A stretch of 63,883 nucleotides of DNA from Clostridia bacterium (lineage in GTDB: Bacteria; Bacillota; Clostridia; Oscillospirales; CAG-272): NCBI GenBank assembly GCA_017522795.1, contig JAFWXZ010000032.1, positions 1 through 63,883 of the forward strand, read 5' to 3'. Each line of letters begins with the position of its first letter. Position 1 is the stretch's first letter. This document shows positions 18,932 through 28,711 of this stretch, piece after piece. The notes beneath the pieces are model-generated. The model saw only the letters and a list, made by a program, of their open reading frames with translations, was not told the origin of the DNA and made no database searches. The position numbers were made by a program, and so were the translations under genes.

Positions 18932-21900
18932 TTATTTTGTATTAACCAAAATCAGACCGTAACCGCCTGGAGTATAAAGGACTATATCTCCATTGCAGAA
19001 AGCAAATCCTTCCTCGGCATAGTAGTCAATAACTGTTGTGTCGGAGCCTGCACTCGCAAGCGCCACTGAAATATCACCTTCAGTATCAAGAATAAGTGCT
19101 GCTCTGCCATTTCCCGATGCAAAGATCGGCTGAACCTCCAAGCTGCGATCAAAAGTCAACTTCTGCCATATGGGCTCGGGACGACTGACGGTCTCGTTCA
19201 TATTTATATCAAAATAAACGTAGGTATCATCAGAGCTTGCTCCATTGCCATGTGTATAATAGGCATACATATATCCACGATTAAGTAAATCATTTTTAGA
19301 AACAGACACCATATAAACCGACTTTCTCACCGTACCATTTAAGGTGCTGTACGCCAAAATTCTATTATTCACCCAATCGGTGGTTATGATAGTGTGATTA
19401 TCTCTGAAGAAGAATATTTCCTCGTGACCTATGAGCCAGTCTATTTTCTCACATTCATTACCGGGAACAAAGCTATACAGTCCTTCTTCGGTTGTATCAA
19501 CGCAATCGGCAACGAAAATCACCCGATCACCGTCGACGTATAAGTGATCAAAAGTACATTCATATTTCTTAAATTCAAGGAAGGACAGCTTGCCACTCTC
19601 AATATCATAGAAATAAATAATGCTTAGTGATGCAGAGCCCATTGCCAAAAGTCCGCCGTCAGAATCCATTATCGAAATAACGTCGGAAATCTCTACGGTA
19701 GACTTCACCTGCCCGTCGGGAGCGAGGAATCTGATAACAGTTCGATTTTCGCCAACCTCGGCAACAGAAATAGTATCGGTAAGAGCGTCATATGCGGCAA
19801 GCGATACAAGTCCGTCATAAATAAGCTCTACCTTTTCGTTTGACGCGGAAAGATTCTCAGCCACACTTATATCTTCCGTCAAGTCCTTCTTGCTATCAAG
19901 CTGATAACCGAGCTTTCCTGTATCTATGCAGGCTTGCATAATTGAAAGATCATCAACCCCATCGGGAAGGAAGATCACATTAACATCTGCCCACTCTGTT
20001 TCATATCCGTTAAGCTTAACAAGCTTCCATTCATCCTCAGTACCCTCATAGAAAATGGTATGAAGATTACTTTCGGTATAGAAAGCACCGTCCTCTATCT
20101 CTTTTATGCTATTAGGAAGAGCTATTACCTGAAGATTGGTTGCAGGAGCAAAGTCTCCCTTCGCGATAACCTGACGTCCTTCAGGAACACGAATTGAAAG
20201 CAATAACGGTACTCCGTTATTATAAAGCTTCAAATCCTGCAGAGCATAACGCTTATACAACTCCTCAGGGAAAATAAGGTGCTTCATATCACCGTTGGGG
20301 CTAACAATACTAGATGTATGGAAGGATATATACGCACTAAAGTTTGAATCCATATATTCCTGGTCATAGTCGATAGCCTGAATTTCTCCGCATCTGCTGC
20401 AAAAAGAATAATGCGCATCATAGTCGGTTTTTCCAACATCATAGGTAAACTCTATTTTCTCCCAGACAATATTATGCATAAGGGCGGATTCTCTGTCACT
20501 TATATATTCATCGTGGCATAGGCTACACTCCCATTTCTTATATCCGCCGGTAGAACAGTCGGCAACCTTAGTCTCAACAAGCACATATGTATGTACCGCA
20601 AGCTCGCCGTTAACAATTGTCGCCGGATGATATACTTTTAATAAATCATTGTTGGGATTGTAATAATAGTTTACATCAACCTTTCCACCAGAATATGATG
20701 CAAATAAGTAAACATCACTTGATTCTAAATAGATATAGATTTTAGATACAAAATGATAGGAGTAATAAGTACAGTTTTTGCGGTAATTCTGGTATAACGT
20801 ATCCATCAGACCTGCGATTTGTAAAGCGGCAGGATCCATAACCATTATTCCCTCCTCGGAAATCGGCATATACTGACCTGTAATTTCTTTATAGATTTCT
20901 GCCAGCTTCTCAGTGGGAAGATTATCGTTAAGTGCTTTTACCTCCTCCGCGGTCATAGAAAGAAGATTATCTCCATCGGGACAGGTGATGTCCTTGGCAT
21001 CGGGGTTTTCCTTTAAGCTAAGGCTGAAGATCGTATCATCGTCATCCGAAGCATTCTTCCCCTCGTCAGTGAAGCCATCGACAGTAAATGAAAGTCCGCT
21101 GTGCTTTTCATATTTTTCAAAGCTTCCATAGATACCTACGCAAGACTCTGTATCTTCTATGTACGTAATAAACTCAACAATGTATTCTCCGCTATCCTTA
21201 TCATAGTTAACGGTTGTTCTACTATTATGCTCGTCAGAGTCATGATTCTTCAAAGAGATATCTATTGAAATCTCAGTAAGCGAATCCTCGAACTTCTTGT
21301 TATATTTGATCTCAAGGTTATCCTCTACCCTTCCCTCTTCCGTCGTAACATCAGAGTGGCAGCTTACAGTTGCAAAGCAGCCGTCTTTACGGGACTCTAT
21401 ATCAACGGTAACATCAAGAACCTCATCATACTCACCGTTTTTAGTCTTGATAACCATATGAACAAATGATATTGAGCCATGCTTAATAATGTAGGTATAC
21501 GTTATCTCGGCGTCGCGAAATTCATCCTTCAGCTTATCACCAAGCTCGGTAATATCAATTTGAGCCTCCTCCAAAATGGCACAAACACGTTCGTTGTTGC
21601 ATATTTCCTCGACAGTAATATCAATTATCTCGGCGATAGCCTCGCTGTCAAGGGTACACACATCCCTTCTTTCGAGAGCAAATTCACCCTCGACAAAGCG
21701 GAAGCCTGTCTCTGTATCAATATGCTCTGCGCTTCTCTTACGAATGCTTTTGAAAACCTCATTGATTTCCTCATCGATAGACTCACCACCATCCTCAAAA
21801 ATCGCGCAGAGCGCATCATAGTTCTCCTGATCAAGAGCATGCTCCGAGCCGCTTTCGGGATGGAATACAGAGTTATCAAGAGCATCAATAACATTTTTCC

Positions 21901-22339
21901 TCGGAAAAAGAATATTCTTGTCCGAATTATCAGAGCCGATACCCTCGATAGCAATAATATTTTCGTCATAAAAAATGCCGAAGGTATGGTTTAAATCAGG
22001 AGTACCAAAGGTAATATCTATATCCGCAACTTCCTCATCACCCGAGCCGTAGCCCGAAAAGTTCGAGTCCACGTATATATCATCAATTAAACCTGTCAAC
22101 TCATTCGGAAAATTGACGGTCATATCAGCATCGTATCCGTTTTTGGCAAGATTACGTTCCACGTTGGAGAGCCAATTCACATCTCCAAAAAGCAACTCAG
22201 CGGTGTTATCAACGGCATTTATTCCTATCGCAGGTACAAAAAGATATGCCGTCACGCCCAAAGCGGTCGCGGAAACCAGAGCAATAATAATGATTATCAA
22301 TAATCCTTTTGTCGACAAGCATCCACTATAAGTCCTCAT
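18932..22339 (-). CDS. Large N-terminally anchored surface protein with Cys/His module and BspA-like LRR fragment
   Basis: 1135-aa ORF; N-terminal TM; CSTGGYKKWECSLCH..CSRCG; LPNSIKEIEDGAF..IFYEGTEDEW. Confidence 0.8.
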   Translation of the reverse strand: MRTYSGCLSTKGLLIIIIIALVSATALGVTAYLFVPAIGINAVDNTAELLFGDVNWLSNVERNLAKNGYDADMTVNFPNELTGLIDDIYVDSNFSGYGSGDEEVADIDITFGTPDLNHTFGIFYDENIIAIEGIGSDNSDKNILFPRKNVIDALDNSVFHPESGSEHALDQENYDALCAIFEDGGESIDEEINEVFKSIRKRSAEHIDTETGFRFVEGEFALERRDVCTLDSEAIAEIIDITVEEICNNERVCAILEEAQIDITELGDKLKDEFRDAEITYTYIIKHGSISFVHMVIKTKNGEYDEVLDVTVDIESRKDGCFATVSCHSDVTTEEGRVEDNLEIKYNKKFEDSLTEISIDISLKNHDSDEHNSRTTVNYDKDSGEYIVEFITYIEDTESCVGIYGSFEKYEKHSGLSFTVDGFTDEGKNASDDDDTIFSLSLKENPDAKDITCPDGDNLLSMTAEEVKALNDNLPTEKLAEIYKEITGQYMPISEEGIMVMDPAALQIAGLMDTLYQNYRKNCTYYSYHFVSKIYIYLESSDVYLFASYSGGKVDVNYYYNPNNDLLKVYHPATIVNGELAVHTYVLVETKVADCSTGGYKKWECSLCHDEYISDRESALMHNIVWEKIEFTYDVGKTDYDAHYSFCSRCGEIQAIDYDQEYMDSNFSAYISFHTSSIVSPNGDMKHLIFPEELYKRYALQDLKLYNNGVPLLLSIRVPEGRQVIAKGDFAPATNLQVIALPNSIKEIEDGAFYTESNLHTIFYEGTEDEWKLVKLNGYETEWADVNVIFLPDGVDDLSIMQACIDTGKLGYQLDSKKDLTEDISVAENLSASNEKVELIYDGLVSLAAYDALTDTISVAEVGENRTVIRFLAPDGQVKSTVEISDVISIMDSDGGLLAMGSASLSIIYFYDIESGKLSFLEFKKYECTFDHLYVDGDRVIFVADCVDTTEEGLYSFVPGNECEKIDWLIGHEEIFFFRDNHTIITTDWVNNRILAYSTLNGTVRKSVYMVSVSKNDLLNRGYMYAYYTHGNGASSDDTYVYFDINMNETVSRPEPIWQKLTFDRSLEVQPIFASGNGRAALILDTEGDISVALASAGSDTTVIDYYAEEGFAFCNGDIVLYTPGGYGLILVNTK

Positions 22340-22531
22340 AAATACGTCCTCCTTTTATAAATATATGCTTCAATTTCAGTATATCATATATTTTTTATCA
22401 TTTCAAGCATTCTCAAAAAATGGTTAATAAATGAAAAAATATCATAATTCTTATCTTTAACACAATTATATCAATAAAATATGTTAAAGTCAAGTAAATT
22501 CTTAATATTAACACAAAATTTGGAGTATAAA

Positions 22532-22774
22532 ATGAAAATTTATGACTTTAACGGAAAGAAAAATATATGTGGAGAAAGAGTTAAGGCGTCAAGAAAGAGG
22601 TTGGGATTATCACAGTCGGATTTAGCAGCCAAATTACAAATTGCAGGGATGATTATAGAACGTGATAGCATAAGCAGAATTGAAATTGGAACTCGTTTTG
22701 TCGCAGATTACGAACTGCTTGTATTAAGCCAAATTCTTAACGTTACCCCCGCATATCTTCTCGGAATTGAATAA
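22532..22774 (+). CDS. XRE-family HTH regulator
   Basis: MKIYDFNGKKNICGERVK..LSQSDLAAKLQ..ISRIEIGTRFVADYEL. Confidence 0.85.
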   Translation: MKIYDFNGKKNICGERVKASRKRLGLSQSDLAAKLQIAGMIIERDSISRIEIGTRFVADYELLVLSQILNVTPAYLLGIE

Positions 22775-22783
22775 AACAAGATG

Positions 22784-22822
22784 AAAAAGACACAAGGTTG
22801 AAGCCTTGTGTCTTTTTTTTTT
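22784..22822. repeat. Second copy of the 18887 terminator
   Basis: Identical core aaaaagacacaaggttgaagccttgtgtcttttttt. Confidence 0.85.
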
Positions 22823-22830
22823 GAAAAAAA

Positions 22831-23110
22831 CCTCATCCGCCGTTTCAAGCAAGGAGAGCTTGGATTAAACGAGAGAATTTTAAAATAGAATGATCGAGTG
22901 CGCCCCGAAGGCGTAGTTTCCCAATCACACACCCTAATCGTGAAAATTTTGATGAAGTGCGAAGATTTTTTAGCGCAAGCCGTAGTTTCTCGCTACGGCT
23001 CGGTCACCTTCGAGGGAAAACAGTTATCAACTGTTTTCTAACACTCTCAGGCCGCTTAGCTACCTACGTCGAGTTTGGTCGGAAGCGACGGTTTTAACCA
23101 AAATATACCG
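22831..23110. repeat. Cluster of REP-like palindromic intergenic sequences
   Basis: cctcatccg end motif, gccgtag..ctacggc, gaaaacagtt-atc-aactgttttc, and acctacgtcgag (also present near 12390). Confidence 0.5.
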
Positions 23111-23117
23111 CTAAAAA

Positions 23118-23843
23118 TTAGTTATCCCAGTTGTGGTAGACGGCGTTCACATCATCATCCTCGTTGAACTTATCAAGCATTTTTTCCATATTTGCAATAT
23201 CCTCTTCGCTTGTAAGCTCTACGTAAGTGGAGGGAACCTTTGCAAGATCGGCAGTGCTGATCTGATAGCCGAGGGAGATTATTGCATCGCGAACGCTGTC
23301 AAGATCTGCAGGATCGGTGTAGATCTGGTACTCGCCCTCATCGGACTTGATATCCTCTGCTCCACACTCGAGAGCATCCTCCATGATCTTATCCTCATCG
23401 ATCTCCTCGTCCTCGTCAACGATGGTGATAACACCCTTCTCCTCAAAGAGATAGCCTACGCAGCCGTTCTGGCCGAGATTTCCGCCGTACTTAGAGAAAG
23501 CGGCGCGAACATTGCCTGCAGTACGGTTGCGGTTGTCGGTCTGAGTTTCAACGATGATAGCAACGCCAGAGGGACCGTAACCCTCATAGGTGATCTCCTC
23601 AAAGTTGATGTCACCGTTGTCGGTGAACTTCTTGATGGTACGCTGAATGTTATCGTTAGGCACGTTGTTTGCCTTCGCCTTTGCGATAAGATCGCGAAGC
23701 TTAGAGTTATTGTTAGGATCGGGGCCGCCCGCCTTGATAGCAACCGCCATCTCCTTACCTATCTTAGTAAAGATCTTCGCCTTGGCAGCATCCGCCTTTT
23801 CCTTCTTGTGCTTGATATTATTCCATTTAGAATGTCCTGACAT
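23118..23843 (-). CDS. yebC: YebC/PmpR family protein
   Basis: MSGHSKWNNIKHKK, YEGYGPSG, TDNRNRT. Confidence 0.95.
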   Translation of the reverse strand: MSGHSKWNNIKHKKEKADAAKAKIFTKIGKEMAVAIKAGGPDPNNNSKLRDLIAKAKANNVPNDNIQRTIKKFTDNGDINFEEITYEGYGPSGVAIIVETQTDNRNRTAGNVRAAFSKYGGNLGQNGCVGYLFEEKGVITIVDEDEEIDEDKIMEDALECGAEDIKSDEGEYQIYTDPADLDSVRDAIISLGYQISTADLAKVPSTYVELTSEEDIANMEKMLDKFNEDDDVNAVYHNWDN

Positions 23844-23885
23844 ATATTTCTCCTATGAATGCATTATGCAGAATTGTAATTAATT

Positions 23886-25622
23886 TTATATTTTTTCGGG
23901 GCTCTGTAAGCAGATGAGATGCAGAGCTGTTTTAAGGATCTGATTGGTGGCTCTGGTAAGAGCGATACGGCTCTCACGAAGTCCGCAGTCATCACAGTTC
24001 ACTATGCTGCACTCGTGATAGAAGCGGTTGAACGCCGCACAAAGATCAAGAATGTATCTTGTCACAACCGAGGGCTCGTAGTCTGCGATTGCCGCATTCA
24101 CGCGTTCGGGGAAGATAGACAAAGTCTTTGCAAGCTCAACCTCGAGCTCGGAAAGAGGAGCTTCGGTCATAGCACGACCTGCCTCGCCTGCCTTCTCAAG
24201 AATGGAGCAGGTACGGGCATAGGTGTACTGTGCGTAGGGACCTGTATTTCCGTCAAAGGAAAGGGCGTCCTCCATAACGAAATTGATGTCACGCATACGG
24301 TTATTGGAGAGATAGTGGAATACCACCGCGCCAACGCCGACCTTCTCTGCGATAGCCTGACACTCCTCCTCGTCGGGATGCTTATCCTTAGCGATCTCCT
24401 TAACCCTTGCGATAGCCTCGGCAAAGAGGTCCTTCAGGAGAATAACGTTACCCGTTCTGGTAGCAAGCTTCGCGCCGTTTACGGATACTGTGCCGTAGGG
24501 AACGTGAACGAGCTGATCGTACCAATCGTAGCCCATAAGCTCAACCACCTTGAACCACTGTGCAAAGTGAAGCGACTGCTGCGCGGCGGTAACGTAGATA
24601 GCCTTATCGAAGTTATACTCGCCCTTGCGGTATACGGCGGCGGCAATATCACGGGTGGGATAGAGAGTGGATCCGTCGCGCTTTAAGATAAGGCAAACAG
24701 GCATATTCCACTGATCGAGATTAACGATGGATGCACCGTCGTCGATCTCAAGAAGTCCCATATCGCGAAGCTTCTGCACCTGGGCAGGCATCTTGTCGGT
24801 ATAGAAGGACTCGCCCTTATAGGAGTCGAACTCTATGCCGAGAAGCTTATAGGTTCTCTGATATTCCTCAAGGCTGACGTCAACGAACCAGCGCCAGAGG
24901 GCGATGTTCTCCTCGTCAAACTCCTCGAGCTTTTTAAACTCGGCGCGGGACTGGTCTGCAAGAGGGGATTTCTTATCCTCGCTCGCGTCCTCCTCCGCCT
25001 TTATCTCATTATTAATACGAACGTAAAGCTTTACAAGCTCGTCAACACCGCCCTGCTCTATGGTAGCCTTATCTCCCCACTTCTTGTAGGCAACGATAAG
25101 CTTACCAAACTGAGTTCCCCAGTCGCCGAGATAGTTGATACCAACGCACTTATAACCAGCGAACTCGTGAAGAAGCTTCAGCGAGTGGCCGATAACGGTG
25201 GTACCGAGGTGGCCGATATGGAAGGGCTTTGCAACGTTGGGAGAGGAGTAGTCGAGAACTACGGTCTTACCCTCACCGTTTCGGGGTGAGCCGTACATAT
25301 CACCGAGAGAAAGAACCTCTGTGGCAACTCTGCGGGAGAAGGCTGTGCCGTCGATCTTGAAATTAAGATAGCCGTTTACCGCGGTGATGGAGGAGAACTC
25401 CTCGCACTTGATAGCATCGGCAAGCAGCTGCGCGATCTGCACGGGAGAGCGACGCAGGCTCTTTGACAGGCGGAAGCAAGGAAGCGCAATATCTCCCATC
25501 GTCCTGTCGGGCGGATATTCAAGCATAGCGAATATTTCCTCGGCAGAGAGAAGCCCCTCGCCGAATCCGCTCGCAACGGCATCTGCAATAAGCGATGCTG
25601 TGTTTTTCTTTAAAGTAAGCAT
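23886..25622 (-). CDS. argS: Arginine--tRNA ligase
   Basis: DYSSPNVAKPFHIGH, NYLGDWGTQFG, GNTGPYAQY. Confidence 0.97.
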   Translation of the reverse strand: MLTLKKNTASLIADAVASGFGEGLLSAEEIFAMLEYPPDRTMGDIALPCFRLSKSLRRSPVQIAQLLADAIKCEEFSSITAVNGYLNFKIDGTAFSRRVATEVLSLGDMYGSPRNGEGKTVVLDYSSPNVAKPFHIGHLGTTVIGHSLKLLHEFAGYKCVGINYLGDWGTQFGKLIVAYKKWGDKATIEQGGVDELVKLYVRINNEIKAEEDASEDKKSPLADQSRAEFKKLEEFDEENIALWRWFVDVSLEEYQRTYKLLGIEFDSYKGESFYTDKMPAQVQKLRDMGLLEIDDGASIVNLDQWNMPVCLILKRDGSTLYPTRDIAAAVYRKGEYNFDKAIYVTAAQQSLHFAQWFKVVELMGYDWYDQLVHVPYGTVSVNGAKLATRTGNVILLKDLFAEAIARVKEIAKDKHPDEEECQAIAEKVGVGAVVFHYLSNNRMRDINFVMEDALSFDGNTGPYAQYTYARTCSILEKAGEAGRAMTEAPLSELEVELAKTLSIFPERVNAAIADYEPSVVTRYILDLCAAFNRFYHECSIVNCDDCGLRESRIALTRATNQILKTALHLICLQSPEKI

Positions 25623-25646
25623 ATATATTTACCTTTCAACTGATAA

Positions 25647-26465
25647 TCAAAGCGAATTTCTCATTCTCACGTACTCACCCTTAGGCTCTGCCTTAACGAG
25701 TGTGGCGGGAATGAAGGTGGAGAAGCTGAACACGTATGCCATAGCAGCCTCAAAGCCGTCTACAAGATAAAACTCACCGTCCCTCTCGCACACGGTAATG
25801 CCCGAAAGCTCCTCGCCGCATTCAAGGCGGGAGGCAAGTGCGGAAAGCTTATCGCCCTCAAGCTCGTGCTCGGGGAAATGAAGTCGCTCGGGGGAAATAA
25901 ACACGCGGCTATAGGACTTGTCCTGCTGCCAAATGGCAAAGGACGTGGCGATACGCTCGGCGATCTGATCGGGAGTGGCAACGGTGGTATCCACGATAAG
26001 CGAATAGTTGGAGAGATCCTTGATGTCAACGCCGTACTGCTCGGTATAGCGCTTTTTCTCGCTCTCGCGACGGGCACGCGTGCAATCAATAGTTTCCTCA
26101 AGGGTTGTGGAATGCTCGCCTGCTCTGTTTGCATTCATAATGCGAAGAGCGCTGGTCTCTATATCTGCGGAGAGATAAACCTTGAAGGTGCCCTTGGTAA
26201 AGTGCCATGCCATGCGGGAGTCGATAATAAGAAATCTCTCGTCATTAGAAAGAGCGGCAATTCCCGCATCTATTTCGTGGTCGATCTCAGGATGAGTTTC
26301 CATATACTTATTAAGCTCGCCGACGGTCATACCGCGCTGGGCGGCGATAGAGCGCACGATAGCTCCAGTGCAGTAGTATTCCGCACCAAGACGCTTGATA
26401 AGTATGTCCGCAACGGTGCTTTTACCGCTGCCAAGATCGCCCGCAAGTGAAATTTTATCCTGCAT
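25647..26465 (-). CDS. cmk: Archaeal-type cytidylate kinase with C-terminal extension
   Basis: ISLAGDLGSGKST, IDSRMAWHF, RRESEKKRY..YGVDI. Confidence 0.75.
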   Translation of the reverse strand: MQDKISLAGDLGSGKSTVADILIKRLGAEYYCTGAIVRSIAAQRGMTVGELNKYMETHPEIDHEIDAGIAALSNDERFLIIDSRMAWHFTKGTFKVYLSADIETSALRIMNANRAGEHSTTLEETIDCTRARRESEKKRYTEQYGVDIKDLSNYSLIVDTTVATPDQIAERIATSFAIWQQDKSYSRVFISPERLHFPEHELEGDKLSALASRLECGEELSGITVCERDGEFYLVDGFEAAMAYVFSFSTFIPATLVKAEPKGEYVRMRNSL

Positions 26466-26648
26466 ACTCTATCCTCCCGAAAAACGTGTAGTATAGTTTA
26501 ATTAAATAATTATAATATATTTTGTCTAAATTGTCAATACCCTTTTATTCTGTATTTGCTTTTTACCAAAGTTATTTTTCCTTTTGCGAATAATTTTTCT
26601 TTTGCTGGTAAGAATAGGTGTAGCATCGAAATAGGAAAGGAAATTAAG

Positions 26649-27350
26649 ATGGATAAAAAAATCAAATTCAGCGATCAGCCAAGAAGAGTTAAAATTATTT
26701 ACGCGGCGGTGATCGGAGTGCTATGCATCACTGCGGTGGTGGTAGGTATTTTCTCGGCGGCGTCAAGAAACAACGAGCCCCCCGAGGACGATCCCACAGT
26801 AAATCAGCCCCCTGCCGATGACGGCAACAATGACGGTGACGGTGGAAATGAAAATGAAAACGGAAATCAGCCCGATGACGAGGGTGACAAAAAGCCCGAC
26901 AAGCTTACTATGGTATCTCCCGTGGTTGGTGAGATAACAAAGCATCATAGCATTGATACACCCGTATTCTCCACCACCCTCAATGAATGGAGAGTTCACA
27001 CGGGAATTGACATTTCTACTGAGGATGGAGCGGAAGTCTTTGCGGCGGCAGACGGAAAGGTCAGCCGCGTGTACAATGATGCGCGCTTCGGCAAGACTGT
27101 GGAGATAACCCACGATGGCGGTATCGTCAGCGTATACTCCAACCTTGCCTCCACCGATATTGCGGTAAAGGAAGGCGACGAGGTCAAATCGGGGGCGCTT
27201 ATCGGTCTTGTTGGTGACACCTCGCTATCCGAGCTTGCCGAGGAGCCTCACCTGCACTTTGGTGTAAAGGTGGATGGTGTTAGCGTAAATCCCCTCGACT
27301 ATATCTCGGAGGAGTCAAAGCAGGCGTCCCTCGGTATTACCGAGGTTTAA
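26649..27350 (+). CDS. M23 peptidase with N-terminal TM anchor (SpoIIQ-like)
   Basis: TM, acidic linker, WRVHTGIDI, YSNL, PHLHF. Confidence 0.8.
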   Translation: MDKKIKFSDQPRRVKIIYAAVIGVLCITAVVVGIFSAASRNNEPPEDDPTVNQPPADDGNNDGDGGNENENGNQPDDEGDKKPDKLTMVSPVVGEITKHHSIDTPVFSTTLNEWRVHTGIDISTEDGAEVFAAADGKVSRVYNDARFGKTVEITHDGGIVSVYSNLASTDIAVKEGDEVKSGALIGLVGDTSLSELAEEPHLHFGVKVDGVSVNPLDYISEESKQASLGITEV

Positions 27351-27393
27351 TGTTGACTCAAAACGGCGGATAATACCAATTTATTTTTTGAAC

Positions 27394-27422
27394 TTGACAA
27401 GAAATGGCGATTATGGTATAAT
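27394..27422 (+). promoter_or_regulatory. Consensus sigmaA promoter of hom
   Basis: TTGACA-17-TATAAT with TG extension. Confidence 0.8.
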
Positions 27423-27484
27423 TTTCTTGTCTGTCGGGGCTTCGTCCACGAAGCTCCGACTTATTTTTTATTTTGAGGTTATTT

Positions 27485-28693
27485 ATGACTAATATTGCAA
27501 TACTCGGCTTTGGCGTCGTTGGTGGCGGCGTTGCCGATCTGATTACAAACAATTCCTATCAGGTGGCAAGACTTGGCGGTGACGATATCAGAATCAAGTA
27601 TATACTTGACCTGAGGGATTTTCCCGACTCTCCCTTTGCCGACAGAGTGGTTCACGATTTTGATATTATTCTCTCAGACAATGAGGTTGACTGCGTTATC
27701 GAGGCTATGGGTGGCTCTCACCCCGCCTATGAATACACGGTGGCGGCTCTTAAAGCGGGCAAGAGCGTTATCACCTCCAACAAGGAGGTCGTGGCAAGGT
27801 TCGGCGACGAGTTCCTTGCGCTTGCACGAGAGAATGGAGTTTGCTATCGCTTTGAGGCGGCAGTTGGCGGCGGAATTCCCGTCATTTCACCTATGATAAG
27901 CTGTGTCGGTCAGAATAAGATCCGCGAGGTGCGCGGTATTCTTAACGGCACTACCAACTATATACTTACGAAGATGTTTTCCTTTGGCGCTTCATTTGAG
28001 GAGTCGCTTAAGGACGCGCAGGACAAGGGCTATGCCGAGAGAAATCCCGACGCGGACGTACTTGGAATCGACGCCTGCCGTAAGATCGCAATATTAACCG
28101 CGCTGGTCAGCGGAGAGCTTCTCCCCACTGATAGAATTCACACCGAGGGCATTACCTCCATTCGCAAGGAGGACGTACTGAATGCCGCAAAGGTAGGTCT
28201 GTCCATCAAGCTGCTTGGCAGATGCGTGATCGGTGATAAGGGTATGCAGGTTATGGTTGCGCCCTTTATGCTCGGAAGTGATTCTCCCCTGTCGAGTGTC
28301 AGCGGAGTTTACAACGCGGTAGAGATTATCGGCGAGCCTATCGGAAACGTTATGTTCTACGGTCAGGGCGCAGGCGCAGGTGCTACAGCATCTGCCGTGG
28401 TCGGTGACCTTATGCAGATCATGCGCTCTGGCAGAAGCTATGCCGAGCCCGTATGGACAAGAGGTACCGATGGTATTTGCAACTTTGCGGACTTTGAGGC
28501 AAGGCAGTATATTGCTATATGCGGCGCTGACAGAGGTGCTGTGGAGAAGGTGTTTGGCTCTGCTCAGGTGATAAGCGAGGGCGAGGAGACGGCATTCATC
28601 ACAGGCATCATCAGCGAGAAAACTGCTCAGGAAGGCATCAAGTCGCTCGAAAGACTCGGCGCGACGGTAAAATCGAGAATAAGACTTATATAA
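27485..28693 (+). CDS. hom: Homoserine dehydrogenase
   Basis: ILGFGVVGGG, FEAAVGGGIP, GILNGTTNYIL, GYAERNPDAD. Confidence 0.95.
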   Translation: MTNIAILGFGVVGGGVADLITNNSYQVARLGGDDIRIKYILDLRDFPDSPFADRVVHDFDIILSDNEVDCVIEAMGGSHPAYEYTVAALKAGKSVITSNKEVVARFGDEFLALARENGVCYRFEAAVGGGIPVISPMISCVGQNKIREVRGILNGTTNYILTKMFSFGASFEESLKDAQDKGYAERNPDADVLGIDACRKIAILTALVSGELLPTDRIHTEGITSIRKEDVLNAAKVGLSIKLLGRCVIGDKGMQVMVAPFMLGSDSPLSSVSGVYNAVEIIGEPIGNVMFYGQGAGAGATASAVVGDLMQIMRSGRSYAEPVWTRGTDGICNFADFEARQYIAICGADRGAVEKVFGSAQVISEGEETAFITGIISEKTAQEGIKSLERLGATVKSRIRLI

Positions 28694-28711
28694 AGCGAAA
28701 AATCCCGAGGT

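Noticed and set aside
26585-26620. sigmaF promoter for the SpoIIQ-like gene (GAATA-14-GGTAAGAATA)
   Set aside because: Spacing is one base short of the usual 15 and the match is too degenerate to assert.
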